From: Nitrosopumilaceae archaeon
GTDB taxonomy: Archaea; Thermoproteota; Nitrososphaeria; Nitrososphaerales; Nitrosopumilaceae
Assembly (NCBI GenBank): GCA_965209085.1
Contig: OZ242376.1
Coordinates: forward strand, 64,001 to 128,000
DNA: 64,000 nucleotides
Direction of reading: 5' to 3'
Each line of letters starts with the position of its first letter. The stretch's first letter is position 1. The notes beneath the pieces were generated by a model. It did no database searches. It saw only the letters and a list, made by a program, of their open reading frames with translations, and was not told the DNA's origin. Below are positions 40,344-50,015 of the stretch, piece after piece. The position numbers and the translations under genes were made by a program.

Positions 40344-40778
40344 CTATGGAAGATCTATGTCTATTAGATTTGCACCGGAAGTAAGAATCTGCATTGTATC
40401 AGCTGCTACCGCCGCACTCACTCTGACAAGTTTTTTTACAGGTATGAAATTTGCACCGTTAATTTCGTGAATTTCACCAAGAGCATCATATTCATACACA
40501 GTATACGAGGTATTTTCCGAATTAATCCTTACTTGATCTATAATTATAGGAGAAGATCCATAATTGATCAATTCCACGGATGCAGGATTGTTAAAAGTAT
40601 CAATTACCTGTACAAGCTCTGAAATCTGCTCCTTGTACCCATCCATCGTATCCCGCACAGTAACTTTGCCTCCATAAACCAGCTCAGCTGAACTCTGCAT
40701 GATTATCCCCATAGCTATGGCCAACGCCGCGCCCAATGCCATTACGCCTAATATTTCGCTACTTGCGCGTCTTTTCAT
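40344..40778 (-). CDS. archaeal type IV pilin-like protein
   Basis: Class III signal peptide MKRRA|SSEILGVMALG, SELV, INYG, ILTSGAN motifs. Confidence 0.82.
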   Translation of the reverse strand: MKRRASSEILGVMALGAALAIAMGIIMQSSAELVYGGKVTVRDTMDGYKEQISELVQVIDTFNNPASVELINYGSSPIIIDQVRINSENTSYTVYEYDALGEIHEINGANFIPVKKLVRVSAAVAADTMQILTSGANLIDIDLP

Positions 40779-41132
40779 ACGGCATTCACAACAGTCTGCA
40801 CAGAAAGCTCCGAGCCGTTAGCTGATTCGGCATTTACATACAGGATGTATCTGCCATCCTTGGTTATTTCCGCATCCACAAAATGACGTTCTTTTAATGA
40901 TTCGCCAGGATCGATATTTCCCAAGGTAATATTTGTGAGATTGTCTATATCGTCATAAAAAAACAAATTTGAAGACACAAGCGTTGATGTACCAGAATTT
41001 ATTATAGTAAATGCAACAAACGCTTTTTGTACATCGTGCATATGATTGTTCTATAAATGAGGAACCTGCCACGGCGGCAGCTATACCTGCTACTGCAACA
41101 AGCATTATAGCGGCAACAAATGTTGAAGTCAT
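40775..41132 (-). pseudogene. pilin-like gene split by a frameshift near 41040
   Basis: Hydrophobic N-helix MTSTFVAAIMLVAVAG (ATG 41132) is out of frame with the pilin globular domain FTIINSG..IDPGES (40775..41041). Confidence 0.65.
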
Positions 41133-41398
41133 TTTTTTGGTTTCCTTTTTGTCGCTGCGGGAAGCATTACTGGTCCCTGTAACACACACCTGTCTGTTTT
41201 GTTATCAATAACTCTGACGTGATACAAAATGCCCGACGGCGTTCGAGTTTTTTTGAGCAAATGTATGCTATATTCTGATAACCGAATTATGGAATCTTCT
41301 GCCACTGCAGAGATCATGGCGCCGAGTACTTCGCGTCTTTGGTGTAGCGTCTGGCATAAAACAAGAAAATTTTGTCTGTAGAGAGTTTTTAGATCCAT
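41129..41398 (-). CDS. hypothetical protein in the virB4 operon
   Basis: Start overlaps the virB4 stop and stop overlaps the pilin ATG (translational coupling). Confidence 0.6.
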   Translation of the reverse strand: MDLKTLYRQNFLVLCQTLHQRREVLGAMISAVAEDSIIRLSEYSIHLLKKTRTPSGILYHVRVIDNKTDRCVLQGPVMLPAATKRKPKK

Positions 41399-43212
41399 TA
41401 TACGCCACCTCTAGTTGGGTTTGTATTGAAAAGTTTCAATTCGTCTGCAGAAGGTCGTATTTGGGCGCGTATTCTGTATCCTTTGGTAAGCAGCAGAGCC
41501 TGACCTTTGCTGAACGTGGAAATTAATTCGACCTCGCGATCGGAGAGCCCTAGAACTTTTTGGGCAAGTTTTGCAGCGTCCGGCTCAAGCCCAAGTATTA
41601 TTTTAAGCCCTGAATTATTTGAAAAAGTACGTCCATATTCATTGGATGTTATATCGTTGGGCTCCTGCGTGATAAATATCCCAATTGCATGGTATGCTCT
41701 GCCCATTCTGGCAATTTCCTCTATTATACGTGAGGTATTTTTTTTCTTAAAAAGACGCCAGCCTTCATCGACAATAATGATCTTTGGGCGTGATTTATTG
41801 GCAGTTAGTACAGTCTTCCAGGCCTTTGCAAAAGTCAGTACGGTTAACATGGAAACCATCGACGAGGGTTTGTTTTTTAAAGAGATTACAGTTCTGTCCC
41901 CAAATTCCTTGTCCCCGTGTATGATTTTTTGCATGTCTGCTGCTATCAGTCTCTGCACATATTTTGAAGCCTTGTTGTTGGAATCAAGTTTTTCATAAAG
42001 TTCTGCAACACTACTGCAATTTTCTGTGGCCGCAAGTATTTCATTACGCGTAGGTGTATCATCTTCGTCAACACCGCATATGTCGGATATAATGTCGGCT
42101 GTATCCACCGTACTGCCAAAAAGATGGAATGGATCAAGATCCATGGTTACATCGCCTTCAAAATTTATCTCGTCAAGATTCCATTTGCTTGCAGGGTACT
42201 CGCCTTTGGGATCAATGATGAAAACCATCGAATCAGGATGGGCGTCAATAAGTCTGGTAAGTATGGTTTTTGCAGTAACTGATTTGCCTTTACCTACTCT
42301 GGCAAGTATCAAAATGTTATAACTGTCCAGAGTAGTATGATCCCAGACTATCGGGGCGCCGGTAGTCATGTTTATCCCTATACAAATACCTCCTGGAGTT
42401 TCAATAAGATCAGATGATGCAAACGGATAAAAAATATTCAATGATCCCAACTCGATGTACAGCTGTTTTCCCCATCCGTTCTCAAGCATGATCTGCTGTT
42501 TTGTAGGAGTCGCATCCCATTTTGTCATGGTGGCAGCGGCACTGGTTTTGAATTGATTTTCACGCACTTTGAGATCTTCAAGCGTATCTGCTTGAATTAA
42601 CGCGTTGCATTCGCACACGAACAGCTGTGTGGCCTGTCTAGCTAGTGCATCCATGGTGGCAAGACCTTTTTCATATTTGTATGCATGGTCCGGAGATCGA
42701 AGTCTTGTAGCACTTAGCATTCCCACATATCTGCGCATTTTTGTAACTGCGCGATCATGTGGAATAGGCGTCAATCTCATGGAAATCATCTCAGAATATC
42801 CCAACACGTTGTAAATCCATGCCGGATATAGCTGGGACGGGAGCCCATACAGCGTATAACATTTGGCAAAAGTGCCATTGGAAAGCTCCAGGTATGAGTT
42901 GCCTGAAACAACCGAATGATGCTCTCTTCGTACAGAATAAAATTTCCTCTCAGAGACCACATGGTGATCATATTCGTCCAAATTGGTATCTAGACTTACT
43001 GGGCTTTCTACAAAAGTCCGGGGCCGAACCAGATTTATTTCCTCAGAACCCATTTGAACCGTAAGCGGTTCGTTGATCATGATGATACGGGTTTTATTTC
43101 TAAGCGTGCGTAAAAATCCCAAATATTTTGCCATCGATTCCATTTTTTTATCATCCGATAGGGTTTCAAAATCAGTAGCGGCAATTTCATAGGAAAATTT
43201 TTGTTCTGTCAT
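41398..43212 (-). CDS. virB4: VirB4-family conjugation ATPase (HerA/FtsK superfamily)
   Basis: IGINMTTG, NILILARVGKGKS (Walker A), IIDPKGEY, IIVDEGW (Walker B), ARMGR, FITQ, KGQALL. Confidence 0.88.
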   Translation of the reverse strand: MTEQKFSYEIAATDFETLSDDKKMESMAKYLGFLRTLRNKTRIIMINEPLTVQMGSEEINLVRPRTFVESPVSLDTNLDEYDHHVVSERKFYSVRREHHSVVSGNSYLELSNGTFAKCYTLYGLPSQLYPAWIYNVLGYSEMISMRLTPIPHDRAVTKMRRYVGMLSATRLRSPDHAYKYEKGLATMDALARQATQLFVCECNALIQADTLEDLKVRENQFKTSAAATMTKWDATPTKQQIMLENGWGKQLYIELGSLNIFYPFASSDLIETPGGICIGINMTTGAPIVWDHTTLDSYNILILARVGKGKSVTAKTILTRLIDAHPDSMVFIIDPKGEYPASKWNLDEINFEGDVTMDLDPFHLFGSTVDTADIISDICGVDEDDTPTRNEILAATENCSSVAELYEKLDSNNKASKYVQRLIAADMQKIIHGDKEFGDRTVISLKNKPSSMVSMLTVLTFAKAWKTVLTANKSRPKIIIVDEGWRLFKKKNTSRIIEEIARMGRAYHAIGIFITQEPNDITSNEYGRTFSNNSGLKIILGLEPDAAKLAQKVLGLSDREVELISTFSKGQALLLTKGYRIRAQIRPSADELKLFNTNPTRGGV

Positions 43213-43268
43213 TAATTACTAAAACATGTGTTACATTTAAGGGAAATATTTGAAAATATTCTTATGTT

Positions 43269-44714
43269 TTAATTTACATATATGCTGGCAAGTATTTTTA
43301 TTATATCTGCATGGTCGGAAATTTTTTCCTGTATGCACCGTTCTAGAAGATTAATCCGTTTTGTGAGATTTTCTGACGCATCTGTGCCGAATTTTTCTGC
43401 AACATCATGTACACGTTTACTCTTGGTTACAAGATCTTCCACACATTCTGTATCATAACGATCATCTGATGTTATATACTTGAACAGAGGTTTGATTTTT
43501 GGATTGTTTGAACCCGGAGTGATCTCGTCTATGCGTAATATTTTGCGGTGAATTTCTTTGCCGCACCGTATCTCCCCCAAATGTACCATGAACCACAAAA
43601 GCACCAGCTGGTTGCGGCTCAAACCGATATCCCTGTCTGTCAGACGCATGCGTGCGTATGTGGGATCTTCTGCATGAAATGTGGCCATACCGCCGTGTCC
43701 GGTGGCGGCAATGTCAAACAATGAATGCACCTCCCCGCTGTTGCGTACCTCTCCAAGAACTATAAAATGTGGACGCATGCGAAGTGCCTCATAGTTTAAC
43801 CGTTGAAGATTAATTGCAAATTTTTCATCTTCATAATCCCCGCGGGTCACAAGCCGTTTCCACCGTTTGTGCGGTATCTGCAGCTCTGGCATGTCTTCTG
43901 CGGTGACTATGATCCATTTTGGATGGCATAAAAACATCAATGCGTTTAGTGCTGTAGTCTTGCCCGCACTGGTGGGACCGACTAGTATGCCAAAAGCGCG
44001 CGCATCAATCATCATCCACAGGTATGCTGCCTGTAATTTTGTCATGGTGCCGTTTTTTATCAAATCAATAACTGTTAGGGGAATCTTAGTAAATTTTCTT
44101 ATGGATATTATAGGTCCGGGCAGGGATACTTTGTCATCGTACGTAATGTGCATTCTATGCCCCTCTGGAAGCCGCAAATTTCCAAATGGTTTTGCATCGG
44201 AGACTGTTTTATGATTGCGTAACATAATGCTCTGCACAAATGCGTTCATATTGTTTTTGGTGCCAAATGACAAATTTGTATCAAGTACAGGATACTTCCA
44301 GCTTTTATGCACTCTGTGCACTATTCCCACGTCCGCATCAAATTTTTCACACGTAATATCTTCTACCTGGCTGTCCTGCATGGGTACGTCTAGTATGCCG
44401 TATCTGAGAATATCACGCTCCAATCTATACCTTAAACCCCTGTAACATTTCTTTATTTTATCGGTCTGCCCGATCAGACTAGCTCGCCGCCATATGTTTT
44501 CCTCAATGTATGCAATAGGATCCCTGGAATCTTTTAGCGGTATAAGTGACTGATACATGTGCATTAACATTTCGCGGTATATTTTTTCGCCTTCAAATGT
44601 TAACATCGGCTCGTGTACGATGTATCTGCCGTCGTTTGTTATGGTAACACTGGACTGCCCTACTTTGTATCTGCTGATAATTTGAACGTTAGGCAGTATG
44701 ACGGATCTGTTCAC
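43269..44714 (-). CDS. type II/IV secretion (TadA/VirB11/FlaI-family) pilus assembly ATPase
   Basis: ISIRKF, GPTSAGKTT, EDMPEL, ALRMRPHFIVLGEVR, TGHGGMATFHA. Confidence 0.93.
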   Translation of the reverse strand: MNRSVILPNVQIISRYKVGQSSVTITNDGRYIVHEPMLTFEGEKIYREMLMHMYQSLIPLKDSRDPIAYIEENIWRRASLIGQTDKIKKCYRGLRYRLERDILRYGILDVPMQDSQVEDITCEKFDADVGIVHRVHKSWKYPVLDTNLSFGTKNNMNAFVQSIMLRNHKTVSDAKPFGNLRLPEGHRMHITYDDKVSLPGPIISIRKFTKIPLTVIDLIKNGTMTKLQAAYLWMMIDARAFGILVGPTSAGKTTALNALMFLCHPKWIIVTAEDMPELQIPHKRWKRLVTRGDYEDEKFAINLQRLNYEALRMRPHFIVLGEVRNSGEVHSLFDIAATGHGGMATFHAEDPTYARMRLTDRDIGLSRNQLVLLWFMVHLGEIRCGKEIHRKILRIDEITPGSNNPKIKPLFKYITSDDRYDTECVEDLVTKSKRVHDVAEKFGTDASENLTKRINLLERCIQEKISDHADIIKILASIYVN

Positions 44715-44752
44715 ATTTGTACAAACCCATAATATCTAAAAAGGAAAATATC

Positions 44753-45301
44753 TTAGGATGTTAGAACAAAATCCACAATGTTCTCGCCGCCTGCAGTCAT
44801 TGAGCTTAGAGAATAATATGCCTGTCCTTTTACACGCCAGTCTAAATCCCCATCATTTAGTGATTTCCACAGCTCTTCCTCATTACCGGTGTTCCTAAGC
44901 GTAATAATATCTGATAAACTAGTTGATCCGCCGCCTAGTATGGTAAAATAGTTCGAAGATGCGACAAATCCGTCGGCCCTTTCCCCTATTTGTCCTATAT
45001 GTACGCGGGAGCCGGATTCTGTAATATCATATTTTACAAATTGGAGTATGACCGATTTGTAATTTGGGTTTGAGACTGTAATACGTAGGTTCAGAGTGGC
45101 ATATTTTTCATCCATGTATGAGATGTCAAGCTCTTCTAGATCAAATATGAGCGGTTCAATACTGGCAAGTTTTTGTTCTGAAAATTGGATTATGCTCCCC
45201 TCAGAGACATCGTTGATGACGGCTAGACCTGAAAATCCGATTATGGCTATTATTACAACAAAACCTGCAACCGCTGATCCCACCAAAATCTTGGCATTCA
45301 T
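44753..45301 (-). CDS. LEA_2/WHy-domain membrane-anchored protein
   Basis: N-terminal TM, VSNPN motif, WRVKG. Confidence 0.75.
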   Translation of the reverse strand: MNAKILVGSAVAGFVVIIAIIGFSGLAVINDVSEGSIIQFSEQKLASIEPLIFDLEELDISYMDEKYATLNLRITVSNPNYKSVILQFVKYDITESGSRVHIGQIGERADGFVASSNYFTILGGGSTSLSDIITLRNTGNEEELWKSLNDGDLDWRVKGQAYYSLSSMTAGGENIVDFVLTS

Positions 45302-45484
45302 ACCAAAATCAGATAATGGCTTGTCTTAAATGTTGAGACGATCCTGAGATATTATGCAAGATTGATCTGAAAACATCCGTTAAAGATCAGAATATGCCAA
45401 ATAATCCATCATTTTTTTACCAATGGGCAGAATTTGAATTCAAGAGTTCCACTTTTCACGAGTTTTATAACTGTGGAATAATCC

Positions 45485-45838
45485 ATGAACTGTATGCAAT
45501 ATTTTCAGGCGGTGCAGCAGGGACGACAGAGGGCGGCAAAATCACAAATGATATTGTTTGATATAGCTGGTTTTGCAATGCTTACGCTTACTACTAAAAA
45601 AGTAAATGACAGTTTTGTACCGGTAGGCGAGGAAGATTATGCCGCGGTAATTCAAACCAGGGACGGATACGTTGCCATATTGGCAGATGGTGATGGAAAA
45701 ACAAAGGCGCAGACAAAAGCACTTGAAAAAAATGAGGCCGTGGAGATCTTCAAAAAAGTAATCAAGTCAGGAGTACCGGAATTTAGCGGCGATCAGGTGG
45801 AGATTTGGACGGAAAAATATCCAATAATCCGGGACTAG
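45485..45838 (+). CDS. conserved hypothetical protein
   Basis: 117-aa ORF with an upstream TTTATAA box. Confidence 0.7.
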   Translation: MNCMQYFQAVQQGRQRAAKSQMILFDIAGFAMLTLTTKKVNDSFVPVGEEDYAAVIQTRDGYVAILADGDGKTKAQTKALEKNEAVEIFKKVIKSGVPEFSGDQVEIWTEKYPIIRD

Positions 45839-46530
45839 CGCGCGCGTTTTTTCTTTGAGTGAATTATTTCGGTTCCGGCCGTGCCTCCTCTGATTGCGCG
45901 CTCCAAAACCGCAGTATCGGCTTTTAGTATGCGGGTTTTTATCCGCGAACGCTCTATTACCTTGAGTGCAACAATATCCATCAGATCATATCCGCCTGCA
46001 ACCGTATCCTCGTGTGCTAGCATGTTACGTAATTCACGCAGGTCGATTTTTTGGATTTTTTTGGCATTTTTGTATACCTTGGGGTCCTTGTCATACACGC
46101 CGTTCACATCGGTTGCATTGAGAAATTCAGACGCCCTTATTTTTTCAGCTACAAGGGCGGCCGTTCCGTTTGTACTTTGACCCGGATGCAGTCCGCCGGC
46201 AACCACTACAAGACCGCTTTCAACAGCATGCTGTACTTCGCGCAGGGTGGTGGGAGGATGCGTGTATGCTTTTTTGCCAATCGCGCATATCAAAAGTTTG
46301 GCGTTGAGTCTTGAAACCTCTATTCCAAGCTCGTCCAACGTGGATTCATCCGCGCCCGAATTCCTTGCATGTACTATGTAATGGCGGGCAATCTTGCCTC
46401 CTCCGGCTATTGCAATGGGCTGACACACCCTGCTGATTTTTACAAGAAATGAGGCAAATTTTTCAATCAAAGCGGGATGTTCGGGATCAAAGATGCTGCC
46501 TGAGAGTTTTATCACTATTCTTTTTTTCAC
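45835..46530 (-). CDS. pyrH: UMP kinase
   Basis: [30 protein letters not shown]. Confidence 0.96.
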   Translation of the reverse strand: MKKRIVIKLSGSIFDPEHPALIEKFASFLVKISRVCQPIAIAGGGKIARHYIVHARNSGADESTLDELGIEVSRLNAKLLICAIGKKAYTHPPTTLREVQHAVESGLVVVAGGLHPGQSTNGTAALVAEKIRASEFLNATDVNGVYDKDPKVYKNAKKIQKIDLRELRNMLAHEDTVAGGYDLMDIVALKVIERSRIKTRILKADTAVLERAIRGGTAGTEIIHSKKKRAR

Positions 46531-47771
46531 GAGCTATTCCCCTCTCCAAGCGCACTGCCGGCTATAATTTCAACTTTGTCTCGTGCCTCATGCGTGGCGT
46601 ATATGCGAGTTATGTTTAGAAATTTTGAAAGTGCGGAAACTAGGGGTATCTTGGATATTCCTAGCATTTGGGAATTTTTTGAGCCATCGGATTCGGTAGA
46701 GACCAAAACCACCGACTGCTCCTCCTCACTAAATGTCGTAACCGGAATGGCCGGAGCTGCGGACATGTCTATAAACACCTGATCCTTGTCCACTTTGGCT
46801 CTTTTTGCAATATCGGATATAATCTCGTCTGCTGGAACACCCATGGTGGCATCGCCGAATTTTTCATATACGCATTTGAAAAGTTTTCTATTCTGATAAT
46901 CCCTGGTGTATGATTTGGCCTTTACAAGATCCGGCGTGTCCGCATCCATGGATAAAATACGGTAAAGAAGAATCTCATCGGTAAGTTCAAGATATTCTGA
47001 AATATCCATGGAATCAAGGCACAGCCTGCTAGCCGAAAGTCTGACCGCTTCGGCAAGCATTACTTCTGCTGCACGCACTGTCTTGTGAAAATAAACCGCC
47101 TTGAACATCTGATAACGCGAATGCATCATGGATTCAAAAGAATGCAGTGCGGATTTTTCAATTGCGAGTCTGTTCCTACTAATGTCCAACGAGTCAGTTA
47201 TGCGCCGATGATCGAGCTTTCCGTGCTCTACTCCGGTAAAATAACCATCACGCAGCAGATAATCCATCATATCCGCGCTCAAATATCCTGAGAGAATCTC
47301 GGTCATGTGCCTGCTTGCATTACCTCCACCAAACGCCGTAGATGCAATCTCTCTTGGATCGTATCCTGCCGAAGAGATCGACTCTGCAATTTCCGTAGTC
47401 TCTATTATCTTTCTGCCCATCTCTTCGTGCGAGGATCTGTCTGCAAAACCTAGCGTTTCAAACATGTGGGAGAATGGTCCGTGTCCTATGTCGTGCAGCA
47501 GCCCTGCTAACCTGAGAATTCCTATTTTATCAGAATTAATTGCACCTTTTTCCACGAGGGCGCATCCTGCCATATCTGCTATGTGCATCACACCAAGCGA
47601 ATGCTCAAACCTAGTATGCTGTGCCCCCGGATAAACAAGATACGTTGAGGAGAGCTGTCTGATGCGGCGCAATCTTTGAAATGCGGGATTGCCGATTAGC
47701 TTTTGTTCCGCTTTATTGGCGCGCACAAAGCCGTGTATTGGATCAATTATGTCCAGCGAGTCCGAATTCAA
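46527..47771 (-). CDS. HD-domain phosphohydrolase (dNTPase-like)
   Basis: [50 protein letters not shown]. Confidence 0.93.
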   Translation of the reverse strand: MNSDSLDIIDPIHGFVRANKAEQKLIGNPAFQRLRRIRQLSSTYLVYPGAQHTRFEHSLGVMHIADMAGCALVEKGAINSDKIGILRLAGLLHDIGHGPFSHMFETLGFADRSSHEEMGRKIIETTEIAESISSAGYDPREIASTAFGGGNASRHMTEILSGYLSADMMDYLLRDGYFTGVEHGKLDHRRITDSLDISRNRLAIEKSALHSFESMMHSRYQMFKAVYFHKTVRAAEVMLAEAVRLSASRLCLDSMDISEYLELTDEILLYRILSMDADTPDLVKAKSYTRDYQNRKLFKCVYEKFGDATMGVPADEIISDIAKRAKVDKDQVFIDMSAAPAIPVTTFSEEEQSVVLVSTESDGSKNSQMLGISKIPLVSALSKFLNITRIYATHEARDKVEIIAGSALGEGNSS

Positions 47772-48355
47772 GAACCCATCTCTTCCTTTACAATGAACAA
47801 TACCCGCTCGTGCACTTTTTTACGGTCCATTTTTGCGTCTATTATTTTCCAATGTTTGCGTTTTGCAACCGTTTTATACATGCGGGAAACTTTGTGGATA
47901 AAACCCCCGTCGCGTTCAAATCTGTCGCGTCCGGCATCCTTGCGCCGGAACGATTCATCCTGTGTCACATCCAGCAGTATTACCAGGTCTGATTTTGGCA
48001 GACCCTCGTCCAAACTTTCCAACCATGATTCGTTTAATCCGTTGGCCATGCCGTACACTAGGTTTGAATGGTAATATCGGTTCATTATTACAACAGAGCT
48101 CTCTTTGGCAGCCTGCCGTATCTTATCTGCTAGTTCCCATCTGTTGGCAGACATCAGACAGTGAATTACCTGTGGCATCGGCGCGCATTTGCCGTTTAGA
48201 ACATTTTTGATAACCTTGCCTACCGGAGTTGTGTAATCTGGAAAACTAAACGCCGAAACCTGCATTCCTCTAGCACCCAGAGCCTTTGCAAGCATGGCAG
48301 ACTGGGTTTTCTTCCCCGCCTGATCGCCGCCTTCTATGGATATGATCAACGGCAT
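47768..48355 (-). CDS. tmk: thymidylate kinase
   Basis: IEGGDQAGKKTQ, FPDY, SANRWE, RYYHS. Confidence 0.94.
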   Translation of the reverse strand: MPLIISIEGGDQAGKKTQSAMLAKALGARGMQVSAFSFPDYTTPVGKVIKNVLNGKCAPMPQVIHCLMSANRWELADKIRQAAKESSVVIMNRYYHSNLVYGMANGLNESWLESLDEGLPKSDLVILLDVTQDESFRRKDAGRDRFERDGGFIHKVSRMYKTVAKRKHWKIIDAKMDRKKVHERVLFIVKEEMGS

Positions 48356-48383
48356 ACCATCATGGTGTAGGAATTAAAGCCTA

Positions 48384-48937
48384 TCAGGAGCCGCCTGCGG
48401 CATATTCGGATAAATCCCTGGCTATCTCCTCATAATGTGAACGGGGCTTGCCTATCTTTTCCAGGTAATCATTTTCAGTCTTGTCTAGTTCTGCACCAAC
48501 TTTTTTAGAGCTGTTCGCTAGGCGCATGTTAGCCATCATAAAGAGCCGATTGTTTTCCTTCCAAAGATGATCGGTAACGTGTTTTACATACATCTTCATG
48601 TCGGCAATTAAATTATCCGGACTGCAGGATTTTAGATAGTTGTCTGCGGATTTTTTCACACTCTTTGCTATCTGCCGAGTTTTTTCATGCTCCATTAACA
48701 TTACACCTATCGGACCCATGTTGGTTGGCATTCCTGATTCTGTCAGTGCCGGGAAAAGTGTTTTTTCTTCTTTTGAATGGTGGCATGCGCCGGTAAAATT
48801 TGTTGCAAAGTCCATCACCTGCATTAGAATTGATTCTGGTACGATTGTACCGCCGCGAAGCACACAAGTACTGTGGTTTCCACTTTTACCACTTTTTCTA
48901 CAAGATCATGATCGCGCCGCAACGATGCTGTGGACAC
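48384..48937 (-). pseudogene. hemerythrin/HHE protein with frameshift near 48865 (pseudogene or assembly error)
   Basis: GTG at 48937 gives MSTASLRRDHDLVEKVVK, out of frame with CHHSKEEKTLFP/EHEKTR/HLWKENNRLF (total 554 bp). Confidence 0.7.
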
Positions 48938-49052
48938 GGATGAAATATTGGCGCAGGGTATTATTAATTTTTTTTAAAATCCGGAAAAATGTGCACAGTA
49001 TAAACTCATACCTGTAAAAATATTGGCGTATGTTACCGGCATTAATTTGAAA

Positions 49053-49328
49053 TTATTTATTTGCCAGGTTATTTAATTTTACAAATTTCCAAATTCTCTT
49101 GATCATTTCGCCTGGAGGTAATGGTTTTTTACCAAAGATCTGCTCGGCGCTCTCTTTTCTGCCTGCAAAACTTATCGCGTATCCTCCGAATCCTCCCCTT
49201 TTACCGGTGGATTTTTTGGTTGTTTTTGTTTTGGATTTTGTAACCATTTTTATTTTAGATTTTGTAACCTTTTTTGCTTTGGATTTTGTTGTTGCTTTTG
49301 TTTTGGTTGGTTTTTTACTAGTTGCCAT
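49053..49328 (-). CDS. small basic protein: Lys/Thr-rich N-tail plus SWIB/MDM2-like half domain
   Basis: TKSKxK repeats; EQIFGKKPLPPGEMIKRIWKFVKLNNL. Confidence 0.75.
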   Translation of the reverse strand: MATSKKPTKTKATTKSKAKKVTKSKIKMVTKSKTKTTKKSTGKRGGFGGYAISFAGRKESAEQIFGKKPLPPGEMIKRIWKFVKLNNLANK

Positions 49329-49358
49329 CGTATGAATATTCGATAGTAAGTATATAAC

Positions 49359-50015
49359 TTAAAGCTTTGAATACTTTAAAACCATCTCATCTCCGTGCCT
49401 AACAGCTTTTTTCAGTACAAATTTTGCGGATTTTATTATGCTCCCAAAACCTGTTCCATCAACTAGTGTGGGTGCCGTGCGGCCTCCGAGCAGGCGGGGC
49501 GAGATTGTAATCGTGATATTGTCCACAAACCCCCTGCTGACAAATTCCCAGTTTGTTTTCCCGCCGCCTTCCAACAAAACCGTTTTAATTTTTATTTTCC
49601 ACAGCCTGTATAACAGCAGTGGAATGCTGACCCGATCCACTCCTGCAACAATCACGTTTACTCCAAAGCTTTCAAGTTTCAAACGGCGTGATTTAGAAAT
49701 CTTTGAGGACGTTGCAACAATAGTGGGAATAACATTTGCGGTTTTTATGACGCGCAAAGACAGTGGCAGCGTTCCGCGCGAATCAATTATTATGCGTATG
49801 GGATTTTTCCCTCTTACGTGTCTTACGGTAAGAATTGGATCATCGAGTACGGTCGTACGCCATCCTATCAGTATTGCATCATGTTTTGTCCTAATTTTAT
49901 GCAGCCTTTTTACATCATCACGGGATGAAAGTTTTGAATCGCCGCCTATGCTTGCAATCTTACCGTCAAGTGAAATTGCCGCACTGAGTGTAATTTTTGG
50001 CCTAGATCTCACCAT
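49359..50015 (-). CDS. arfC: 2,5-diamino-6-(ribosylamino)-4(3H)-pyrimidinone 5'-phosphate reductase (RibD C-domain)
   Basis: AAISLDGKIA, DDPILTVR, LLEGGG, SPRLLGG. Confidence 0.9.
   Translation of the reverse strand: MVRSRPKITLSAAISLDGKIASIGGDSKLSSRDDVKRLHKIRTKHDAILIGWRTTVLDDPILTVRHVRGKNPIRIIIDSRGTLPLSLRVIKTANVIPTIVATSSKISKSRRLKLESFGVNVIVAGVDRVSIPLLLYRLWKIKIKTVLLEGGGKTNWEFVSRGFVDNITITISPRLLGGRTAPTLVDGTGFGSIIKSAKFVLKKAVRHGDEMVLKYSKL

Noticed and set aside
30475-44714. Archaellum (fla/arl) operon
   Set aside because: No FlaH/KaiC ATPase, archaellins or chemotaxis genes; the ATPase and platform genes associate with VirB4/VirB6-like genes instead
22370-44750. A single intact integrated conjugative element or provirus
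   Set aside because: No integrase, tRNA, att repeats or capsid genes were found, and core genes (amt, atpC) lie inside the span; not called as a mobile element
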